Assembly: GCA_964014485.1 (NCBI GenBank)
Contig: CAXHAT010000038.1
Coordinates: 1-47,846 of the forward strand
DNA: 47,846 bases
Origin: an uncultured Deferribacteres bacterium
Lineage (GTDB): Bacteria > Zhuqueibacterota > Zhuqueibacteria > Zhuqueibacterales > Geothermadaptataceae
Direction: 5' to 3'
The translations under genes and the position numbers were made by a program. Positions 39,001 through 47,630 of the stretch are shown here, in pieces (within the stretch, counting starts at the first letter, position 1; each line of letters begins with the position of its first letter). The notes below the pieces were generated by a model that saw only the letters and a program-made list of their open reading frames with translations, did not search any database and was not told where the DNA came from.

Positions 39001-39563
39001 CCGGGGTTGAAGAATTGCTTGATGAAGGCTCTCTTGACGAGACGAGAACTTTCGACGGCGCTTCGCCTTTTGGCTTCGGGCAACAGAGCGAAAAGAGTGA
39101 TTCAACTTTGAGGAATTTGCAGAAGTTGAAAGCTGAAGGCGCGGTTGAAGATTCTGCGAATATCGCCAGTTTATCCGGGATGGCCAGGCGGAAGGCGATG
39201 ATTCGCAGGGAGCAGGATATGAATGACGGATTTCGGCTGTATAAAGAAAATAAATTTAAAGAAGCGATCGGCGTTTTTGAAAAGGTGGTGGCGGATTTCC
39301 CTACTTACAAAAAAGCGCTCAGGGTTCTCGGCAACGCCTATTTCCGTACGAACGCTTATGAAAAAGCGATCATGACGTACCAGACAATTATCGCTTTTGA
39401 TCCCATCGATTCAGTTTCTTTTGAAAATATGGCGACGGCTTACTTGAAACAGTCAAACCCGAGAAAAGCCGTCGAAGCTTTGCGTGCCCTGCTCGATATT
39501 GACTCAAGCCGTGATGATATTCGGGTGAAAATTGAAAATATCAGTTCAAAAGAAGCGGCTTAA
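36087..39563 (+). CDS. Membrane-bound fusion: RsbW-like anti-sigma kinase + periplasmic domain + HAMP-like linker + SpoIIE/RsbU PP2C phosphatase + double HTH + acidic linker + TPR
   Basis: Kinase DEAATNVIRHAY, DQGKFFDP, GGLGVFLM; two TM helices; phosphatase VGGDYYDF, ADVSGKG, YTDGVTEA, NDDIT; HTH region 38151-38462; C-terminal TPRs; GGAG before TTG 36087. Confidence 0.9.
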   Translation: MFRRIIEKQMRVPAHIDYLSEIRDFITNLGDRHRLSDTIIKSFKLAIDEAATNVIRHAYRDVEEPGNLTLRATIRKESMTVCIIDQGKFFDPRNVKDPDLDRYVKMGKKGGLGVFLMRKIMDDVEYRATDEGNMLCLTKNRERAVGLLEAFMPESVRSIFQNVKTRFLVKASVLITAIVFAGSLVFWLKTPTDVLNEKLPLWQEMSGQIVQAFGEDRALLDGLVSEDAIALMNSQALLNSHVDESEIVELALVDGEGRIKAHSNFNKAFSHYDRPLNENFERLGEHLLLYKTRLDEDTSPIGIYDLSTPINFSGEETPTLVLHIRAAESRVNFLIAEKRSEILRIALNVFGVSSAAAFLLIYLAFKPMKKLVEFVRSGGETELDHGVELDTTSEAGEIAQAFSNIMVQFRESQKNLAEQERLQQEMQVAKEIQQTLLPHEFPKLEGYEIAGYYESAQLVGGDYYDFVEIDRDTLGVVVADVSGKGVPGSMVMTMIRQALRTEARGTKDAAAVLARLNDLVVGDIRKGMFVTLFYIIIDSKKRRLNFASAGHNPMILYRSSTNQTYYLNPRGFPIGLQLAEKDLFRKCIQSDTIQLVEGDLITLYTDGVTEAMNSQRELYGEERLLKTIRDGGMDGADSFSERLSQDVGAFTESQPQNDDITFVTIREKTNLQKEELRRAREVWKMYSEGMTIREACETAGLSTYTYYNKFKKAFERNGVENVAVDESVSLEARHLSVEEKSRMFDVIKEHPEFGPKRISAELNSERYGFTVISENKIYDELVRNRLNTRRLREGYVARKTGGGKKNKALKPPGNPMLTLDGRVIISDEIQALTAPKPKMLPLSTTDSAGGDESENLEQPSKKLLSAPQKNDVPEEENGTRNEAVSEFDDSESTEFKVEVIDEEESGENAALQDADEAKSIFALDDLIHSEIEKEFSEPVLEVDFAENDEEQLVENETGTTVQVIEETSMLVAGVEELLDEGSLDETRTFDGASPFGFGQQSEKSDSTLRNLQKLKAEGAVEDSANIASLSGMARRKAMIRREQDMNDGFRLYKENKFKEAIGVFEKVVADFPTYKKALRVLGNAYFRTNAYEKAIMTYQTIIAFDPIDSVSFENMATAYLKQSNPRKAVEALRALLDIDSSRDDIRVKIENISSKEAA

Positions 39564-39573
39564 ATTTGAGCGT

Positions 39574-40707
39574 TTATTGTTGGGCCTGTGCAAATTTAAC
39601 CATTTTGAAGCGTTCTATCCGATAATCGGGATAGTAGCCGTGCAAAATAATATCATCCTCATAAACGCCGATTTTGAGCGCATTTAACGTGAGTGCAAAT
39701 CGGTGCAGCATCTCGCCGTCGCGGTCAAAAATTTCCAGCCAACTGGCCGCACGATTCGTTTCAGGCGCCACGAGAACGTAAAGCTCGTCCTTGTTCCACA
39801 CGAGATCATAAACAATTCGCTGTCGAATGACGCTTTTGACGCGGCCGTTTTTCATTTCGACAACGGGCGGCGAGATTTTAAACACCGGCTCAAATTCGAT
39901 AATATTTTTCGCGCGCCCGTTTGCGTGAAAAAAGTAGAGCCGATAAGGATTGATCAAGCAAAAGGCCGCTTCGTTTCTCGCGTTAACCGCCGCAAACCCC
40001 TGATTTAAAGCCTCACCCTGCACAGGATCCACCGAACGCTCCGGCGCAAACTCCCTGATTAATCTGCCTGAACGATCGTATGCGGCAAGAACGTAAGGCG
40101 CCGGGCTGGTACGGTGAACAAGAAAATCGCCGTTTGTCAAAAAATCAATGTCGTGGGGCTTCCCTTCAATCTCGAGCGTTCCTTGACGTTCGCCTTTTAA
40201 ATTCCACCAAACAAGCTTCCCTTTTTCATCAATAACCGCAACTTCGCGTACATTGGCAACCATGGCGACCGGCAGCTTTAGCAGCTCTGAGCCGGAGGTG
40301 AACATTTGCCATTTGCGGATGAATTTTAGCTCAGGCGACAGCACGACAACGGCGCTTTCCTGCAGGTCAATCGCCGTCACATATTCTCCGGCGACGTTCA
40401 GGTGATGCAGTCTTTTCAGGTTAACTTTGGCGCGGTAAGCCTCTGTCGATCCGAATTTGGCGGTTGACACGAGTTGCAGAGCGTCGTCCAGGCTTTTGCC
40501 GTAATAAGGCATGGGTGATTTGATGACTTTCGGCGGCGGCAAATCGCTGGAAATGGAAAGGGTGGGGAAAAGCTCCGGGCGAATGAAAGTGAGCGTCCAA
40601 TGGCGATATTCGGACGGTATTTTTTCGAGGAGGTCAATCGGGCCGAATCGAAAAAAAGCAACGATGACAAGGGCAAGGAAGAAAAGCGTTTTGATAAACG
40701 TTTTCAT
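39574..40707 (-). CDS. Membrane-anchored putative 6-bladed beta-propeller protein
   Basis: N-terminal hydrophobic anchor and repeated blade-like motifs (YDRSGRLIREF, FDRDGEMLHRF, WNLKGERQGTL). Confidence 0.65.
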   Translation of the reverse strand: MKTFIKTLFFLALVIVAFFRFGPIDLLEKIPSEYRHWTLTFIRPELFPTLSISSDLPPPKVIKSPMPYYGKSLDDALQLVSTAKFGSTEAYRAKVNLKRLHHLNVAGEYVTAIDLQESAVVVLSPELKFIRKWQMFTSGSELLKLPVAMVANVREVAVIDEKGKLVWWNLKGERQGTLEIEGKPHDIDFLTNGDFLVHRTSPAPYVLAAYDRSGRLIREFAPERSVDPVQGEALNQGFAAVNARNEAAFCLINPYRLYFFHANGRAKNIIEFEPVFKISPPVVEMKNGRVKSVIRQRIVYDLVWNKDELYVLVAPETNRAASWLEIFDRDGEMLHRFALTLNALKIGVYEDDIILHGYYPDYRIERFKMVKFAQAQQ

Positions 40708-40715
40708 GCGACGGT

Positions 40716-41111
40716 TTAGCGGCCAAATCCGGCTTCTTCCGCAGTGACGATAAAGGTTTCATAAAGGGAAATCGCCATGCCGAGCAGAAACATGAGCCAC
40801 AAAATGGAGACGACGCTGAAAGCGACCTCAACGCCCATGCTTGGCGCAAGCATAATGAACAAATTGGTAGGGACGGGCAAGCTGAAGATGCTGATAACGG
40901 TGATGATAATGACCACGGCGAGCACTTTGCTTTTTTGTTGCTGCGTCCCCCCGCCAAACCAGCCGATCAGATAGAGCAACAAACCGATGGAAATGGCGAC
41001 GTAAATGCCTTCGCTTGGGAGGCGGTCGATGTATGCGATGATTTTATCGAGCGCGTATGGCGGGAGCTCCGTTGAGTCGGCGGCGGCCCCTGTTAGGCTG
41101 TCAGGCTGCAT
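40716..41111 (-). CDS. Small three-TM hypothetical membrane protein
   Basis: Three hydrophobic segments; AAGG(G)A upstream; stop lies 8 nt before the next start. Confidence 0.7.
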   Translation of the reverse strand: MQPDSLTGAAADSTELPPYALDKIIAYIDRLPSEGIYVAISIGLLLYLIGWFGGGTQQQKSKVLAVVIIITVISIFSLPVPTNLFIMLAPSMGVEVAFSVVSILWLMFLLGMAISLYETFIVTAEEAGFGR

Positions 41112-41288
41112 TGGTTTCCCTTTCTTCCTTTGTCGTCAAAAAATCAGAGAAATGGTTTTGAAAATAACAATAAAGCGTGAAATGTCAATTGAAAACCTTC
41201 CGGCGCAATTGCGTGAAATTTCTTGATTTGAGCGCGTTTTTGTTCTTAATTGCCGCCAACCAATACGTGCCGTCCGGAGAGATGATTC

Positions 41289-42458
41289 ATGAAAAAACAG
41301 ACCGGCGCGATTCTCAAGAAATCGAGCGATATTCTTCAGAAACGCAAACAGCAGACCGTCGAAGTTTACAAAAGGTACGAAAGTTTCGTCCCCTTGCTGA
41401 CTTTTTCATTTGGCTTTACAATTGACACGTTCACGTTGAGCGTCGTCAATATTGTCGACCATCTCACGCTGTTGTTTTATACCATCTTCGCCGGAGGGAT
41501 CATCCTGCTGACAGGCATGCTGCAAACGGGACAGATTTCGCATCCAAAATTGTTGAAATTTGAAAAGTGGTATCCCGTCGCGCTGCAATTTTTTGTCGGG
41601 AGCTTGTTTTCCGCCTACTTTGTTTATTACTTCAAAAGCGCTTCGGTCAATCAATCCGTTATTTTTCTTGGCCTGCTCCTTTTCCTGCTCGTCGCTAATG
41701 AACTTCTCGGCAACAAGCTGTCAAATTTGGCGCTTTTGAGTACGCTCTACTTTTTCACCACGTTCGCGTTCCTCACATTTTTCATTCCAGTGTTGATGAA
41801 AAGTATCGCTCCCTGGATGTTCTACGTCAGCGGTGCGATCAGTTTTCTGCTGACGGGTGGAATTCTCGCGTTTGTCTTCCGAAAAATCGTCAAGCAGCAT
41901 GTCAAAAAAATCATCGCGCCTGCAATTGCCGTTTCGGCGGCGTTTCTGACAATGATTCTTCTTTACAGAATGAATTATATCCCGCCTGTGCCGCTTTCGC
42001 TCAAGGAGAGCGGCGTTTTCCATTCCATCAGCGTGGATTACGACGGCGAGCACATGTACAAAGTCGCGTATCACAAAAAATATCCGTTCATGTTTTGGGT
42101 GAATGACGACAAGACGTTTTACTATTCTGAAGGCGACGTCGTGCATTGCTACGCCTCGGTTTTCGCGCCGCCCGGATGGAAGGAAAAGATTGATTTCCGC
42201 TGGCAATATTACGACGAGCAACAGAAAAAATATGTCACGACCGATCTGCTCGGCTATGACATAAATTATGTTCCCGGAAGGCAGGCGGGCTACCGAGGCA
42301 GAACGCAAAAACGCAATGTTCGTCCGGGAGACTGGCGAATCGACGTTGAAATAAACACCGGCGATTTACGTCGCGTTCTGGGGCGGATCGATTTCGAAAT
42401 TATTCCATTCGAAGGCGAAGAAAAAGACAAAGGAAAGCGAATCGTAGAACGCCGCTGA
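41289..42458 (+). CDS. DUF2914 domain-containing membrane protein
   Basis: About 7 TM helices followed by IPPVPLSL, SVFAP and GYRG...PGDWRIDVE...LGRIDF. Confidence 0.8.
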   Translation: MKKQTGAILKKSSDILQKRKQQTVEVYKRYESFVPLLTFSFGFTIDTFTLSVVNIVDHLTLLFYTIFAGGIILLTGMLQTGQISHPKLLKFEKWYPVALQFFVGSLFSAYFVYYFKSASVNQSVIFLGLLLFLLVANELLGNKLSNLALLSTLYFFTTFAFLTFFIPVLMKSIAPWMFYVSGAISFLLTGGILAFVFRKIVKQHVKKIIAPAIAVSAAFLTMILLYRMNYIPPVPLSLKESGVFHSISVDYDGEHMYKVAYHKKYPFMFWVNDDKTFYYSEGDVVHCYASVFAPPGWKEKIDFRWQYYDEQQKKYVTTDLLGYDINYVPGRQAGYRGRTQKRNVRPGDWRIDVEINTGDLRRVLGRIDFEIIPFEGEEKDKGKRIVERR

Positions 42459-42488
42459 GTTTCTCTATCAAAAAGTCCAGGAAAAGCT

Positions 42489-44066
42489 ATGCTGGAAATT
42501 CCGGAACAAATGAATGCCGCGGAATATTTTGTCGATCGACATATCCGCGAGGGGAGAGGTGAAAGTACAGCCGTTATCGATGCTGCTGACGGACGGCGCT
42601 ATTCGTATTCCGACGTCACAGCGATGGTCAACCGTTTTGGCAATGCGTTGACCGAAACGCTGGAAGTGAGGATGGAAGAACGGGTGATGCTGATCCTGCT
42701 CGACTCGCCCGCATTCGTCGCAGGCTTTTTCGGAAGCATCAAGGCCGGCGCCGTACCCGTCCCGACAAATACGCTGCTCGAACCGGAAGAATACGCTTAC
42801 TTGCTCAATGACAGTCGCGCGCGCGTTTTGGTTATCAGCGCGCCCCTTCTGCCTCAAATTACGCCGGTTTTAGAAATATTGCATTACTTGCGCCGCCTCG
42901 TCGTCGTTGGCGACGCTGAGTTTGAGAGCTTGCCGAACTATCTCAAATTGCATGATTATGATGCGCTTTTGGGTGATGCGTCCGATCAACTTGAGGCAGT
43001 ACCGCGACACAAGGACGACGCTTGTTTTTGGCTTTATAGTTCGGGCACGACCGGCTTTCCCAAAGGGGCGGTCCATCTGCAGCACGACATGATTTTTTGC
43101 AGCGAGACTTACGCCCGTCAAACGCTGAAAATTACGGAAAATGACCGCATGTTCTCCGTCGCCAAATTGTTCTTCGCCTACGGGTTGGGCAACGGGCTCT
43201 ACTTTCCGTTTTCGGTTGGCGCAACGACGATTTTGAATCCCGGACGGCCAGAGCCGGAGTCGATTTTTCAAGTCATTGACGCTCACAAGCCAACGCTCTT
43301 TTTTAGCGTTCCAACGTCTTATTCGGCGCTTTTGCATGTTGAAGATGCGACGGCGCGTTTTGATGTGAGCAGCATTCGGTTGTGCGTTTCCGCCGGAGAA
43401 GCGCTGCCGCCGTCGATTTATCATCGCTGGAAGGAAAAATTCGACGTTGACATTCTGGACGGCATTGGCTCGACCGAAGCATTGCACATTTTTATTTCAA
43501 ATCAGCCGGGCGCAATCAAGCCTGGTTCTTCGGGAAGGCTCGTTCCCGGCTACGAAGCAAAAATCGTCGACGAAGACGGACGTGAAGTTCCAGTCGGGGA
43601 AGTCGGAGATTTGTTGATCAGCGGCGATTCGACCTGCGCTTATTATTGGAACAGACATGAAGAGAGCAAGGAAAGAATTCTTGGACGTTGGCTGCACACC
43701 GGAGATAAATATTTGCTGGACAAGGAAGGATTCTTTCATTACCAGGGTCGCTCCGACGATATGCTCAAAGTCAGCGGCATGTGGGCCTCGCCGATTGAAA
43801 TTGAAAACTCACTCCTGGAGCACGGCGCCATTCGAGAATGCGGCGTCATTGGCGATGAAGATGAGGCGGGCTTGGTCAAGCCAAAGGCGTTTGTTGCGCT
43901 CAATCCCGGCTTTGCAGCGTCCGACCAGTTGACGGAAGAATTGATCGCATTTGTGAAATCAAAAATTTCCCGTTTTAAATATCCGCGCTGGATTGTTTAC
44001 GTCGACGATCTCCCGAAGACCGCGACGGGAAAAATCCAACGTTTCAAACTGCGGGAAATGAGCTAA
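42489..44066 (+). CDS. Benzoate-CoA ligase family acyl-CoA synthetase
   Basis: FWLYSSGTTGFPKG, KLFFAYGLGN, VSAGEALP, DGIGSTE, TGD, GRSDDMLKVSG and LPKTATGKIQRFKLR. Confidence 0.92.
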   Translation: MLEIPEQMNAAEYFVDRHIREGRGESTAVIDAADGRRYSYSDVTAMVNRFGNALTETLEVRMEERVMLILLDSPAFVAGFFGSIKAGAVPVPTNTLLEPEEYAYLLNDSRARVLVISAPLLPQITPVLEILHYLRRLVVVGDAEFESLPNYLKLHDYDALLGDASDQLEAVPRHKDDACFWLYSSGTTGFPKGAVHLQHDMIFCSETYARQTLKITENDRMFSVAKLFFAYGLGNGLYFPFSVGATTILNPGRPEPESIFQVIDAHKPTLFFSVPTSYSALLHVEDATARFDVSSIRLCVSAGEALPPSIYHRWKEKFDVDILDGIGSTEALHIFISNQPGAIKPGSSGRLVPGYEAKIVDEDGREVPVGEVGDLLISGDSTCAYYWNRHEESKERILGRWLHTGDKYLLDKEGFFHYQGRSDDMLKVSGMWASPIEIENSLLEHGAIRECGVIGDEDEAGLVKPKAFVALNPGFAASDQLTEELIAFVKSKISRFKYPRWIVYVDDLPKTATGKIQRFKLREMS

Positions 44067-44097
44067 AAGAGCCGAGTCGAGCGTTGCAAAATCATTT

Positions 44098-45429
44098 TTA
44101 TCGCGACGAGCTTTCGTTCTCGTGCAGCGCTTCAAGCACAGCTTCAGTTTTGGCGGGGAGTGAAACGGGAAAATTGGCGTTCGCCGCCCCCTGTTGGTGA
44201 AGCCTCGTTTTAAATTCGGTGAATTTGAGTCCGTGCGCAGTTGAAACAACGACGACTTTTTCACTTTTTTTGATCTTATTTTTCAAAGCCAGTTTTTTCG
44301 TCGCCGCCAGAGCAACGGCTGTTTGCGGACAAGTAAACAAGCCAGTGCGATCCGCTTGCGTCGCCGCTTCAGCCAATTCTTCTTCGCTCGCCTGTTCGAC
44401 AATGCCGTCGAATTTTCTTAAAGTATGAATCGCCTTGTGCACGCTCACCGGATCGCCGATGCGGATTGCGCTTGCCGCAGTCTCTCCTGCTGTTTTCGCC
44501 GAAAATGTCGTAAAGCCGTTTTTAAAACTCTCGTAAAGCGGATTTGCAGCCTCCGTCTGAGCGCAAACCAATCGCGGTTTTTTATCGACCAAGCCCAAAT
44601 CATGTGCGAGAGAAAAACCTTTTCCAATCGCCGAAATATTGCCCAGATTTCCGCCTGGAACCACAACCCAGTCAGGAGCCTGCCAGCCCAATTGTTGGCA
44701 AATTTCAATGGCAATCGTCTTTTGTCCCTCGATGCGGAGTGCGTTCATCGAATTCGCGAGATAGATGGTCGGTTCTTGCGTCAATTCTTTCACGATGCGC
44801 ATACAGCCGTCGAAATCTGTCTGTAGAGAAAACGTCTTGGCGCCGTTGGCGATGGGCTGGGTCAGTTGCGCAGTCGATATTTTATTTTCGGGCAATAAAA
44901 CAACGGCGGGAATTTCCGCCGCGGCGCAATAAGCGGCCAGCGCCGCCGACGTGTCCCCAGTGCTGGCGCAAACCACGGCCTGGATTTTTTTGCCGCCAGC
45001 GATCATCTGCTTAACCGCCGAAACCAGGATGGTCATGCCTAAATCTTTGAATGAACCAGTGTGACCATGTCCGCATTGTTTAACAAAAATATCGTCGATC
45101 CCCATCGCTTTGCTGAACGCCGGAGACTGGAATAAATAACCATTGCCTTCGCCAAGCGAGGCGATGTTGTCATCAGAAATTTCCGGCAAGACCCATTCTT
45201 TTTGCCGCCAAACGCCGGAAGTTCCGCTCATTTGCGCCGGTGAAAAACGCCGATCCAAAAGAGCGCGCCACTCGACGCCGGATTTTGATTGGAGCGCGCT
45301 TAAATCATGCACAACGTCCAGCAAACCGCCGCATTTGGGACAAGTGTAAATCACCTCGTCCAACGCGAATGTCCCTTCGCATCCGAGAAAGCATTCGTAG
45401 TGCGCTTCAAAATGTGGAACGTTTTGCAT
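44098..45429 (-). CDS. thrC: Threonine synthase (class I, plant-like subgroup)
   Basis: HTGSFKDLGMT (PLP Lys), CASTGDTSAA, EGQKT, VPGGNLGN and STAHGLKF; N-terminal Cys pairs. Confidence 0.93.
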   Translation of the reverse strand: MQNVPHFEAHYECFLGCEGTFALDEVIYTCPKCGGLLDVVHDLSALQSKSGVEWRALLDRRFSPAQMSGTSGVWRQKEWVLPEISDDNIASLGEGNGYLFQSPAFSKAMGIDDIFVKQCGHGHTGSFKDLGMTILVSAVKQMIAGGKKIQAVVCASTGDTSAALAAYCAAAEIPAVVLLPENKISTAQLTQPIANGAKTFSLQTDFDGCMRIVKELTQEPTIYLANSMNALRIEGQKTIAIEICQQLGWQAPDWVVVPGGNLGNISAIGKGFSLAHDLGLVDKKPRLVCAQTEAANPLYESFKNGFTTFSAKTAGETAASAIRIGDPVSVHKAIHTLRKFDGIVEQASEEELAEAATQADRTGLFTCPQTAVALAATKKLALKNKIKKSEKVVVVSTAHGLKFTEFKTRLHQQGAANANFPVSLPAKTEAVLEALHENESSSR

Positions 45430-45461
45430 GTCTTTAGACGCTCATTCGTCGTCGTTTCAAT

Positions 45462-45869
45462 TCATCTTGATTCAACGTGCTTTACAAAATTGTCCAAAAT
45501 CGCCTGCCAACCCTTCTCTTGCATTTCGAGCGGATTTTGCTCTTCAGGATCGAACGTCTCTACGATTTTTGTTGCGTTCTCAAGCGGCAAGAATTCAATG
45601 CGTACTTTGCGGCCGTCCCCGAGCGAATATTCAATCAATTTAGGCTTGACAATGTTTGTGTACTCGCCTTCGAAATCAAAGTCAAAGCTGCCGTCCTTCG
45701 CTTCCATCCTCGAGAGAAATTTTCCCCCGACTCTCAAGTCGACCTCTGCATGCGTCGTGTGCCAATCGTCAGATGCGGCGTTCCAGCATTTTATGTCTTC
45801 TGGAGACGTCCATACTTGCCAGACTTTTTCGATATTGCGACTTGTCGTCGCGGATATTCTAATCGCCAT
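45462..45869 (-). CDS. SRPBCC/AHSA1 family protein
   Basis: EKVWQVWTSPEDI, DLRVGGKF and GWQAILDNF; AAGGA RBS. Confidence 0.9.
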   Translation of the reverse strand: MAIRISATTSRNIEKVWQVWTSPEDIKCWNAASDDWHTTHAEVDLRVGGKFLSRMEAKDGSFDFDFEGEYTNIVKPKLIEYSLGDGRKVRIEFLPLENATKIVETFDPEEQNPLEMQEKGWQAILDNFVKHVESR

Positions 45870-46042
45870 AATATTGTCCTTTCATTCGTAAAGTGATCCG
45901 TCACCCTTGGTTCATCAGTATTTCTCTTTTTTACATTGATGTAGCTGATGTTACGCGCCAGCTTCATAATATAGCAACCTTTTATCAAAGTCATTCGGCG
46001 GCGGCGTCCTACCGCCAACCTAATTTCGAGACGCCCAGAATT

Positions 46043-46134
46043 CTCGTTCCCAATCTCGGGATTGGGAACGCAATTGCACTCGAAGCTCTAGTTTTGCGCC
46101 CATTTTCATTCCCAAACCGGAGTTTGGGAACGAG
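46043..46134. repeat. Palindromic REP/MITE-like element, family B
   Basis: CTCGTTCCCAATCTCGGGATTGGGAACG ... TTCCCAAACCGGAGTTTGGGAACGAG: two hairpins and inverted termini. Confidence 0.8.
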
Positions 46135-46209
46135 CCGTAATGAGATGCTGTTTTTGGTTGAGTCTCGGAAATGCTTTATTGCGCGTAACATCAGTCATGT
46201 AGAGAAGTT

Positions 46210-46602
46210 TCAAGGATGGCAGCTCAGTTTCCAACACAGCTTGTAGTTTAGAAAATGTCCGTAGGCAATGAGTCCGGCGCCGATTAACGTCACGATTTTT
46301 TCTCCGTTTTCGCCGAATAAGTCGTGACCCAAAAACGCCGTCAAAACGAGAATCGCCAGCCCAACTATTCCTGCGGAGGCGACTCTCCAACTCCTGTGTT
46401 TTCGGCAGCCCATTGCCAAGGCAACCACGCTCGTCGGCAAGACAAGCCAGAGCATGAAGAGATGGAAGGTTTCGTCTCCGAAAGCGGTCGAACTTATTGC
46501 AGGTAAAATGATGACGGCGATCGGCGCCGCAGCGCAATGTATGGCGCAAACCAGCGAGAATCCAATCGCGGCTTTGTCTATTACCGCTAGTATTTTATTC
46601 AC
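46210..46602 (-). CDS. MerC-domain membrane protein
   Basis: DKAAIGFSLVCAIHC, ETFH, GCRKH and GH..NY motifs; four TM helices; no mer operon nearby. Confidence 0.85.
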   Translation of the reverse strand: MNKILAVIDKAAIGFSLVCAIHCAAAPIAVIILPAISSTAFGDETFHLFMLWLVLPTSVVALAMGCRKHRSWRVASAGIVGLAILVLTAFLGHDLFGENGEKIVTLIGAGLIAYGHFLNYKLCWKLSCHP

Positions 46603-46691
46603 TTTGATCCTTCTTGTTTTGAAATTGGGCGGCGCTCACGGCCGAGGCGGATTAAAGAAATCAGATCGACTTGACGTTTATATTTTGCTAA

Positions 46692-46832
46692 GAGCATATT
46701 TGGAAAGTCCTAAATTGTCATGCTGTAAGCATCTTTTTTAGACTTTTCCACAACCACTGTCGGAACGTTCATACCTGGCGACCCAAAAAGATTCCTACGG
46801 AATGACAAAACGGGGACTTTCCAAATACGCTC
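46692..46832. mobile_element. 141-bp MITE with 19-bp terminal inverted repeats and TAA target duplication (IS5-family-like)
   Basis: GAGCATATTTGGAAAGTCC (46692-46710) and GGACTTTCCAAATACGCTC (46814-46832) match at 18/19; TAA flanks both sides. Confidence 0.8.
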
Positions 46833-46900
46833 TAAACGTTCAAGCGCCTTCACGTGCTGTTTTGCAAAGAAGCGCAATGCTCCACGGTTAGTTCAAGGCG

Positions 46901-47608
46901 CTATAATCCAAGCCTCCTCTTAACCAAATCGTGGGTGAGATGCTTGATCACGTCAAACGGTTCGCATTTGCCACCGGCCGTTTCGATTTCGAAGGGGCCG
47001 ATTTTCTTGCCCGCCTGCAAAGCGGCGGCGTGCAGTGTAGGGTTGCGCATCCCAATTCCCATGAGCGCAACGCCCATCGCGTGATGCACCGAACGCTCTT
47101 CCGAAGAAAAGGATTGTTCAATATGTGTGATATGATCAAGGAAAAATGCGTCGTCCGGGGCGCTCTTTTTTTTGGATTTGGAAATTTCGTACAACAGTCC
47201 ATAACCGCAACGGCGACGCATCGCATCTTCGTTTTTTATCCAATCACTTGCGATTTGAACAACGAAAGGCGCTTTGGCAAGCGTAGCGTCGCAGGAGGAG
47301 AAAACGTGGGCAAGTTGACCGTGATCCAGTTCCTCGATTTGCGCTTCGGCCTGCTCGCGTGAGATTTTCTTCGGATTGTCGATGAGCAAAGCAATGACCC
47401 TCGCGTCATAGACGTTGCTCTCCCAAAGCTCTTGCGCCAAAACATGATCGCGCCCGACCTCTTTTGCTAATTTGCGCAGGGCTGTCAAGCCTATTCCGAA
47501 ACTCTTGAGCGCGCTCGTCTTCGCTCCGCCGTTCTCCCATTTTTGGACGCCTTTTTCATTCTTGTTGGCCTCGAGCAGGGTCATAACTTGGGTTTTGTTC
47601 ATGATCAT
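46901..47608 (-). CDS. DNA alkylation repair protein (AlkD-like HEAT-repeat family)
   Basis: FGIGLTALRKLAKEVGRDHVLAQELWES..YDAR and W...RRCGY...V..AMG.ALM.IG pattern. Confidence 0.85.
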   Translation of the reverse strand: MIMNKTQVMTLLEANKNEKGVQKWENGGAKTSALKSFGIGLTALRKLAKEVGRDHVLAQELWESNVYDARVIALLIDNPKKISREQAEAQIEELDHGQLAHVFSSCDATLAKAPFVVQIASDWIKNEDAMRRRCGYGLLYEISKSKKKSAPDDAFFLDHITHIEQSFSSEERSVHHAMGVALMGIGMRNPTLHAAALQAGKKIGPFEIETAGGKCEPFDVIKHLTHDLVKRRLGL

Positions 47609-47630
47609 AATCCAGGTTAGGCAAATAAAC

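Noticed and set aside
45893..46246. ORFs 45893-46246 (+) and 46009-46191 (-)
   Set aside because: They translate through the palindromic family-B repeat (LVPNLGIGN/LVPKLRFGN) and show no protein motifs.
46210..46602. Mercury-resistance locus
   Set aside because: Only a lone MerC-domain gene is present, without merR, merA, merT or merP.
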